This document shows positions 33,801-37,737 of a stretch of DNA of 37,737 nt, piece after piece; positions within the stretch are counted from its first letter, which is position 1, and every line of letters begins with the position of its first letter. Source of the stretch: Octopus bimaculoides (Eukaryota); assembly GCF_001194135.2 (NCBI RefSeq), contig NC_068981.1:131934296-131972032 (forward strand). The letters are read 5' to 3'. The notes under the pieces were generated by a model. That model worked only from the letters and a program-made list of their open reading frames with translations. It searched no databases and was not told where the DNA came from. The translations under genes and the position numbers were made by a program.

Positions 33801-36000
33801 GGTTACAAGAACTGGTTACAACAGTTTGCCAACAGCAGGTAGAACTACACATTTCAGTCAGGGATGTGAAGAAAGTCAGAAAAAAGATCGGTAATTGGAA
33901 GGATCCACAGGACCAGATGTAGCTCAAGGCTACTGGATCAAAAGATTTAGTGAATGTCATGCATAAATAGCAGAACAACTCAACACATTGTTACATGCTG
34001 AGTTAAATGCCCAGTGACACCAAAGTGGCTGACTAGGGGCACAACTGTTTTACACTTGAAAGGCATTACAAAAGGGAATGCAGTAGATAACTACAGATTG
34101 ATATTATGCTCGTCACCTACAATGTACATCTTAAAGAAAATGGTGTTCTACCAGATAAGCAGAAAGAGTACAAGCATATGTGCAGAGGTACCAAGGATCA
34201 ACTTCTGATAGACAAAATAGCACTTAGAGATTGATTACCACATGGCCTACAATATGATCCCACACATTCTTGTATCATGGAATATGGATTGCATGAAATG
34301 TCAAACGGTTTCTTGGAAAAACTATGGAGAAGTGGAAGACAGAACTGACAGCAAATGGAAGAAGCTTAAGGAAAATAGAAATCAAGAGAAGTATATTTCA
34401 AGGAGATTGTCTGTCACTATTGACTTTTGAATTGTGCGTGATACTACTAACAATGGTTTTGAGGAAAGCTAAGGCTAGGTATGAATTAAAGGGTCACCAA
34501 CAAAAGGTTGATCACTTACTGTTCATGAATGACCTCAAGCCTTACAGTAAGGATGAATCCCTGGTCAGTTCCCTCATTGATACGGGGTGCATAGGTGTAT
34601 ACATTTTTGTACTCACATCAGAATGCAGTTTGGATTGAAAAAGTGTGGTGTATTAGTCTTGAACAAAGACAAAACTAAACACATGGATTGGTTGGTGATA
34701 CCATCAGGAGAAGTTATGAAGCAAATAGAAGAGGTGGGCTATAAGTAATTGGGAATATTGAAAATGAACAAAGTAATGGAAGAGGAAATGAAACATTTAA
34801 GGAGGAATACTTGCAAAGACTAAGACTAGTTATCAAATCAAAATTGAAGGAACAGAATAAGATTGAAGATGTCAACAATGGATTGTCTCACTCCTTCGAT
34901 ATGGAGCAGGGATAATTGCATGGACAGTAGAAGAGTCAAACAGCTTAAACAGAAAGATAAGAAAGCTGTTGACTAGATATAAGATATTTCATACAAAGAG
35001 TGACACAAAATTTATGTATCAAGAAAAAGAGGAGGAAGAATGTATGTACCAAGAAATAGAGAAGGCAGCTTGGGTGCAAACACAGCATTATAGCAGAAGA
35101 AAACAACATAGCAGGCTACATAAAAAATGCCACAGAAACACTATTGTTGGAAATAAGAAGGCATGGCTTGTGTAAAATTGAAGATTGCAAAGATAAACAC
35201 AGTACAAGCATTTGAAGATGGATGAAACTGAAAATAGGTGTCTAGAGAAAAGAACGCATGGACTATTCCATAGAGATGTAGAACACAAAACAAAGATAAA
35301 AAGTGGTAATGTATAGCTAAGAGTGATTTAAATCTGGGAACAGAGGCACTAATCTATGTTGCTCAAGAGCAACCATTAAGAACTGATTACATTAAACAGA
35401 ATAGACTACACAGCAGAAATGATAAGTGCAAATTCCACACTCACTACCATGAAATAACAGATGTTACTGGAGATTATATGTGTGTGTGTGTGTGTGTGTG
35501 TGTTTTATATAATCTGTAAGTTGAGTCAGTAACTGATGAATACAAACCTAATTCTTTGAGTTGGTCAAAGAATTCTTCAGCAAGTTTCCCAAAAGAGTAA
35601 GCATCCAATACATGCATTGCTTTTGAACTAATACATAGATTATCAGCCTGTAAGAGACAAAGATCAAAGGAGATCTAAGTGGAATTGTTTGCTTTTGAGT
35701 TTTTTCTAAATTTATTTTTAACTTCTTATTTTTAAAATAATACTTTATATATATATATTTTAGATTCATACAACAAATTAAGGAAAAGAGTAAATTAGAC
35801 TTGCAAAGAAAGAAATGAAAACAAATTACCTTTTCCTCAGGTGAGATTGCACTTTGACTACGAAGAGCTCGACAATTCTCCAAGAACTTGGGCGTCAGCT
35901 GTTCAAAATGGCATGCATGTTCAAATCCACCCAGTTTCCAGGTACCATCTTTTGTCACAAAAATTGAAGACTGGCAAATATTGTTATGTGAGATTTCAAC
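7653..36000 (-). CDS. SCYL3: SCYL3/PACE-1-like pseudokinase, 5'-partial, 11 coding exons joined: 35830-36000, 35548-35647, 30509-30620, 25348-25425, 19596-19735, 16495-16706, 15284-15424, 13637-13725, 11309-11430, 8411-9120, 7653-7715
   Basis: Manual splicing gives one stop-free frame of 1938 nt with all introns GT-AG. The order is pseudokinase (HNN, WKLGGFE, DAYSFG), HEAT-like helical region (VIFPQLLLGLRD), acidic low-complexity region, LGEEFDI..EIDYFADMQP and terminal GW..LNWEE. This matches my recollection of vertebrate SCYL3 rather than SCYL1/2. Confidence 0.93.
8003..8315 (-). mobile_element. SINE family B in the last SCYL3 intron
   Basis: Reverse-complement similarity to 2340-2712. Confidence 0.7.
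8411..9120 (-). CDS. SCYL3: SCYL3 large acidic/disordered exon (...WVDWDNSEEWDDDE...LGEEFDIMNIK...EIDYFADMQPVI...FAVSEDAAE)
   Basis: Acceptor ttttttccag|AT, donor GAG|gtaagc; 710 nt, phase 1/0. Corresponds to ORF 8393..9091. LGEEF and DYFADM are SCYL3 C-terminal motifs. Confidence 0.93.
9407..10856 (+). mobile_element. 5'-truncated RTE LINE: ORF C-terminus, gap, 3' UTR and (GAT)n tail
   Basis: Translates WAVTAEDMRKLARNEASMLR*MCNV...ERRLRWFGHVVRM...KKCHSLTVEGTRGRGRPSKTW, the canonical RTE ORF end. One stop and one +1 frameshift; N gap at 9731-10554. Confidence 0.9.
9731..10554. other. Assembly gap (824 N)
   Basis: Run of N. Confidence 1.
11309..11430 (-). CDS. SCYL3: SCYL3 exon: RSPSRKSNKHTDEETDKKHCKVILENNDKAAKVIDSIPKK(D)
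   Basis: Acceptor cttacag|A, donor AAAG|gtgagt; 122 nt, phase 2/1; open frame and compatible with both neighbours. Confidence 0.82.
11706..11991. mobile_element. 286-bp palindromic (hairpin) MITE-like element
   Basis: aacaattgcagcgtggaagatg... pairs with ...catcttccatgctgcaattgtt; centre acaaaacttca-tgc-tgaagttttgt. Confidence 0.8.
12561..12810 (+). mobile_element. SINE family B, 3' two-thirds
   Basis: gaaagaagcccgtcg...gacaaccgatgctggtgtgttta...ccagcatggccacagtcaaatgact tail. Confidence 0.75.
12938..12998. other. Assembly gap (61 N)
   Basis: Run of N. Confidence 1.
13637..13725 (-). CDS. SCYL3: SCYL3 exon: NVQSVIKEEKFTSVKQALKKPLLKDLAAS(V)
   Basis: Acceptor cattttag|AAT, donor GT|gtaaga; 89 nt, phase 0/2. 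Supplies exactly the phase change needed between the 15284 and 11430 exons; no family motif of its own. Confidence 0.8.
15179..15235 (+). mobile_element. Possible mariner/Tc1 terminal fragment after a (TA)n run
   Basis: ta|tgaggggaagtcaaaaatta resembles mariner TA-CGAGGGG termini; no partner end found. Confidence 0.35.
15284..15424 (-). CDS. SCYL3: SCYL3 exon: LLLGLRDVNDKLVSASLHAVADLVPILGGDTVIGGPQKQYFKEGKPK
   Basis: Acceptor ttcttctag|TTG, donor AAG|gtatgt; 141 nt, phase 0/0. LLGLRD...LG...V.GG motif; too short for the ORF track. Confidence 0.93.
16495..16706 (-). CDS. SCYL3: SCYL3 exon: ENKDSS...FKKYVIPELVNIFKVREVHIRLLLLKYFRYYVELFEKEEIEEVIFPQ
   Basis: Acceptor ttttggcag|CT, donor CAG|gtgact; 212 nt, phase 1/0. 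HEAT repeat typical of SCYL proteins. Confidence 0.93.
17891..18034 (-). mobile_element. Degenerate RTE APE-endonuclease fragment
   Basis: ISAFAPQAGLPNEQKDHFYDILL*ATSKKSNNDLIFVAGDFNGH aligns by eye with the intact endonuclease at 37351-37737. Confidence 0.8.
18258..18579. other. Assembly gap (322 N)
   Basis: Run of N. Confidence 1.
18580..18888 (+). mobile_element. RTE 3' tail, left end in gap
   Basis: Same family as 10555-10856. Confidence 0.85.
19596..19735 (-). CDS. SCYL3: SCYL3 exon: QVVSMLQEYSEELVGSQLIHLLLSRFVVLNKDAEEFLLPSLLIPQQ(A)
   Basis: Acceptor ttttgcag|C, donor AAG|gtttgt; 140 nt, phase 2/1. Helical HEAT-like region. Confidence 0.9.
19825..20170 (+). mobile_element. Helitron-like non-autonomous 5' end with (TG)n
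   Basis: A|TCTATATATTTAAAACTGAGAATG then (TG)n and aactcaagaactacccaaccaatttcattcaaatttt, a layout typical of non-autonomous Helitrons. Confidence 0.45.
20227..20275 (-). mobile_element. Helitron-like 3' end
   Basis: Minus strand reads hairpin cctgagcaaggctagg, short spacer, CTAG|T. Confidence 0.45.
20283..20530 (-). mobile_element. SINE family B fragment
   Basis: Reverse-complement similarity to 12561-12810. Confidence 0.7.
21223..21810 (-). mobile_element. R4/Dong-clade non-LTR 3' end (RLE C-terminus, 3' UTR, (TAA)n tail)
   Basis: SKYKDLEIEVTRMWSLKT/TIPITVGALGMIKK...LQKIALLGTAHILRKILSIQ* (stop 21591-21593, one frameshift), then ~350-nt UTR and (TAA)n. Confidence 0.85.
21836..22020 (+). 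mobile_element. SINE family C
   Basis: gttctgagttcaaatt..gaggtcgactttgcctttc..cactggggtc..ggccttgtg motifs shared with 985-1203. Confidence 0.7.
22216..22436. mobile_element. piggyBac-like MITE (~220 bp), degenerate
   Basis: ttag|ctctttagcatt ... aatgctaaaaagg|ctaa; homologous to 30055-30252. Confidence 0.55.
22606..22929 (+). mobile_element. RTE 3' tail
   Basis: Same family as 10555-10856. Confidence 0.85.
23735..23990 (+). mobile_element. RTE-type 5' leader-like sequence
   Basis: ccctgagagctatgccagtggagcgcaaggtcctggtagggcctcccatgcaggacaggtc resembles RTE/Rex3-type 5' UTRs as I recall them; not verified by search. Confidence 0.45.
24041..24220 (+). mobile_element. RTE 3' tail
   Basis: Same family; (GAT)n end. 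Confidence 0.85.
24390..24550 (-). mobile_element. Old R4-clade restriction-like endonuclease fragment
   Basis: RRLEIDMIMIKKMQAYKIVDFTILY..KEIEKIKKYHELIRDL resembles the PD..IID...EK..KY..L RLE motif. Confidence 0.55.
24566..24952 (-). mobile_element. Full-length tRNA-derived SINE, family A, with 12-bp TSD
   Basis: A box TGGCCCAGTGG, B box GGTTTCGATTCCC, (CAA)n tail; TSD gtatgtaaatgt at 24554-24565 and 24953-24964. Confidence 0.92.
24995..25215 (-). mobile_element. SINE family C
   Basis: Reverse-complement similarity to 985-1203 and 21836-22020. Confidence 0.7.
25348..25425 (-). CDS. SCYL3: SCYL3 exon: NHFLEVKLFLKNITLKSSKEKTDFF(S)
   Basis: Acceptor tttctttcag|A, donor AG|gtgtgt; 78 nt, phase 2/2. 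Matches the SCYL FLE..FL..ITLKS..EK..FF motif. Confidence 0.9.
25743..25872 (+). mobile_element. Short RTE 3' tail
   Basis: Near-identical to the last 130 nt of 9-314. Confidence 0.85.
25912..26042. repeat. Compound (GA)n/(GT)n microsatellite
   Basis: Visible directly. Confidence 0.9.
26056..26871. mobile_element. Mariner-derived foldback element: two transposase 5' ends in inverted orientation
   Basis: TA|TGTGGTCTGATCAATAAG ... CTTATTGATCAGACCTCA|TA. Plus arm encodes MTEKVEQRICIKFCQKLGDTCSE; minus part encodes AKLQKMYREE..QVYE*F, RITIRELLEDVQISYGSVQSII.EDFGMRRVSAKFVPK. Confidence 0.85.
27105..27681 (-). mobile_element. RTE 3' UTR/tail, longer subfamily variant
   Basis: First ~285 nt match the common tail; the rest carries related sub-repeats and a 27-bp tandem duplication. 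Confidence 0.8.
28400..30010 (-). mobile_element. Degraded CR1/L2/Jockey-type reverse-transcriptase relic, interrupted by a MITE
   Basis: FNDNQYGF (~29848-29872), VVALDI (~29746-29762) and SVLSPTLFFLYINDL (~28954-29000) occur in RT order; many stops and frameshifts; boundaries approximate. Confidence 0.7.
29143..29665. mobile_element. piggyBac-like MITE (523 bp) with TTAA target duplication
   Basis: TTAA|tcctttgtgtgctggtgggg ... ccccatcagcccacaaaggg|TTAA; ~20-bp TIR, no ORF. Confidence 0.8.
30055..30252. mobile_element. piggyBac-like MITE (~200 bp)
   Basis: TTAA|ccctttagcatt ... aatgccaacagg|ttga; homologous to 22216-22436. Confidence 0.65.
30509..30620 (-). CDS. SCYL3: SCYL3 exon: DLFKTFELRIQDEYLSRDPKQRPPLKCLLTDRLFKY(E)
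   Basis: Acceptor ttcttag|GA, donor GA|gtgagt; 112 nt, phase 1/2. DPKQRP is a kinase subdomain XI-like motif. Confidence 0.9.
31330..31412. repeat. Degenerate (AAC)/(AAT)n microsatellite
   Basis: Visible directly; lies just 5' of the R4 relic. Confidence 0.85.
31440..35410 (+). mobile_element. Degraded R4/Dong-clade non-LTR retrotransposon (N-terminus and RT), split by an RTE insertion
   Basis: VMECYYLS, EQKLCDEARAIRK, NITETNNLIK, KE|PRWKRI, GTKDQLLIDK, IFQGDCLSLL, HLLFMNDLK, FGLKKC, LRTDYIK. Many stops and frameshifts; ends before the RLE domain. 5' boundary approximate, clear homology from ~31690. Confidence 0.85.
32334..33436 (-). mobile_element. 5'-truncated RTE LINE nested in the R4 relic
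   Basis: GRLTGKIAFVCGRC..YYLGDQVS..RIRIG*AKFREL..LYDAFVQTAMLHDSETWAV..ERRLRWYGHV, then 3' UTR and (GAT)n tail at 32334-32352. Confidence 0.9.
35548..35647 (-). CDS. SCYL3: SCYL3 exon: ADNLCISSKAMHVLDAYSFGKLAEEFFDQLKEL(G)
   Basis: Acceptor ttacag|GCT, donor TTAG|gtttgt; 100 nt, phase 0/1. DAYSFG subdomain IX-like motif. Not the frame shown in the ORF track. Confidence 0.9.
35830..36000 (-). CDS. SCYL3: SCYL3 exon, pseudokinase subdomains VIb-VIII: VEISHNNICQSSIFVTKDGTWKLGGFEHACHFEQLTPKFLENCRALRSQSAISPEEK
   Basis: Acceptor tttttaag|GTT, donor AAG|gtaatt; 171 nt, phase 0/0. HRD is replaced by HNN and DFG by GGF, as in SCYL pseudokinases. Confidence 0.93.
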
Positions 36001-36105
36001 CTTAAAAAATAATTATATATAATACATTATAAAGTTTTGTTAGAGATATTGTTCTGTTTCTCATAAATTAAATCTGTAGGTTAATACAATAGTATATTTT
36101 GACCT

Positions 36106-36463
36106 GTGGAGGCGCAATGGCCCAGTGGTTAGGGCAGCGGACTCGCGGTTTCAATTCCCAGACTGGGCGTTGTGAGTGTTTATTGAGCGAAAACACCTAA
36201 AGCTCCACGAGGCTCCGGCAGGAGATGGTGGCGAACCCTGCTGTACTCTTTCACCACAACTTTCTCTCACTCTTACTTCCTGTTTCTGTTGTGCCTGTAT
36301 TTCAAAGGGCCAGCCTTGTCACACTGGGTCACGCTGAATATCCCCGAGAACTACGTTAAGGGTACACGTGTCTGTGGAGTGCTCAGCCACTTGCACGTTA
36401 ATTTCACGAGCAGGCTGTTCCGTTGATCGCATCAACTGGAACCCTCGACGTCATGCCAACAAC
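36106..36463 (+). mobile_element. tRNA-derived SINE, family A, with 12-bp TSD
   Basis: Homologous to 24566-24952; TSD atattttgacct at 36094-36105 and 36464-36475; 14-nt deletion (cataggatcgcggt) between cgcggt repeats in the tRNA head. Confidence 0.92.
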
Positions 36464-36954
36464 ATATTTTGACCTACTTTTGTTTTATGCTCAGGAAAGT
36501 AACTCAATTAATTAAAAAAGAAAGAAATAACAGGTAGTTGTGACAGTGGTGATGCTGGTACTCATAAAGATGATTGAAAAGAAAGAGGAAAAGAAAATAG
36601 AGGAGCAGAAATAACAGAATTAATAAAAAGAAAGAGAAAACATGAAAGAAACAGAGAGAAAGAGGAAAAAAGTAATAAAGAGGATTCTAAGAAGTGAGAG
36701 ACTGAGTAAAAATGCAAGTTAAAATAGACATGCAAGAGAAAGAGGGTGAATGGGATATGGAGAAGAATATACAAAGCAAAGTTTGTGACATCACTGTATC
36801 CTTAGTTATCTCATTCTCTTATTTTCCTCTGCTATCTCACATATCTTACATTAGAAATATTTTTGAATTGCGTGCCCTAGTATATAATATAATGGCATCT
36901 TTAGTTGAAAGTATTATTTTGCTGCAAGAATAGAAACAATGTTGAGGTCTCCCA

Positions 36955-37271
36955 TATATATGTATGCATATATATATTTACATATCAGTATGAATATGTA
37001 TATAGATGTGTGTGTGTGTGTTTGTTTCTGTGTGTATAGACATATACATATATACACATACATATCTACATACATTCATACATATGTACATAGATAGCTA
37101 TATCTACATACATACATTCATACATATATATCTACATACATACATACATACACATATATCTACATACATACATACATACACATATATCTACATACATACA
37201 TACATACACATATATCTACATACATACATATATCTCTACATGCATATATACATGTGTATGTGTGTGTGTGT
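36955..37271. repeat. Compound (TACA)n/(CA)/(TA) micro-minisatellite
   Basis: Repeated catatatctacatacatacata units. Confidence 0.9.
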
Positions 37272-37350
37272 GTACAAGGAGAACTGAAAAGTTCCTGACT
37301 TTGGGTAAAGGAAAACACAGGAGGATCAGTTAATTATGATTTTATTCAAC
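37272..37350 (+). mobile_element. Mariner-like terminal segment
   Basis: ta|caaggagaactgaaaagttcctgactttggg...ttttattcaac has the layout of a mariner terminus; cut off by the RTE sequence. Confidence 0.5.
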
Positions 37351-37737
37351 GGAACACTGACGGGGTCGGGGGCGTAGGAATACTTCTAGCGGAGAAATGG
37401 GTGGATAAGGTAATCGAGGTCGTTAGAGTAAGTGACAGAGTACTTAAGATCAGACTAGTGCTTCATCATAGATTAGCTACTATCATCTCAGCCTATGCAC
37501 CTCAACCGGGGCTACCAGATGGTCTGAAAGACCAATTCTATGACACCCTCTTGCAAACTACCTCGTCGACGAGTGACAGGGACCTTCTCTTTGTGGCTGG
37601 AGACTTCAACGGTCATGTCGGACGTCGTGCTGGAGGCTTCCATGGCATACATGGAGGCTATGGCTTCGGTTCCCGCAACGAGGAGGGAACCAGACTGCTG
37701 GAGTTCTGTGATGCAACCGATCTTATGGTCTGCAATA
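37351..37737 (+). mobile_element. RTE LINE APE endonuclease, stop-free, runs off the window edge
   Basis: TDGVGGVGILLAEKWVDKVIEVVRVSDR..IISAYAPQPG..KDQFYDTL..LFVAGDFNGHVG..GGYGFGSRNEEGTRLLEFCDATDLMVCN; absent from the ORF track because it has no start and no stop. Confidence 0.92.

Noticed and set aside
35971-35972. In-frame internal acceptor (tatttgccag) as the start of the first exon
   Set aside because: It would delete the conserved HNN motif; the acceptor at 36001-36002 restores it.

Overview
Eukaryotic, AT-rich, repeat-dense DNA with three assembly gaps. The repeat families look like those of coleoid cephalopods (Octopus-like); this is recognition from memory, not a database search. The main content is the 3' ~80% of one minus-strand gene, an SCYL3/PACE-1-like pseudokinase. 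I reconstructed 11 coding exons by hand (36000 -> 7653; 1938 nt, 645 aa plus stop); every intron is GT-AG and all phases are compatible. The 5' exons lie beyond the right edge. The introns hold RTE LINE tails and fragments, R4/Dong-clade fragments, a CR1/L2/Jockey-type RT relic, three tRNA-derived SINE families, mariner, piggyBac-like and Helitron-like non-autonomous elements, and microsatellites. I see no convincing new protein-coding system. The most interesting signals are at RNA-structure level: an inverted pair of full-length SINEs bracketing four exons (circRNA-type geometry), a foldback mariner inside inverted RTE tails, a 286-bp palindrome, a ~280-bp inverted duplication, and several cleanly resolvable nested insertions.
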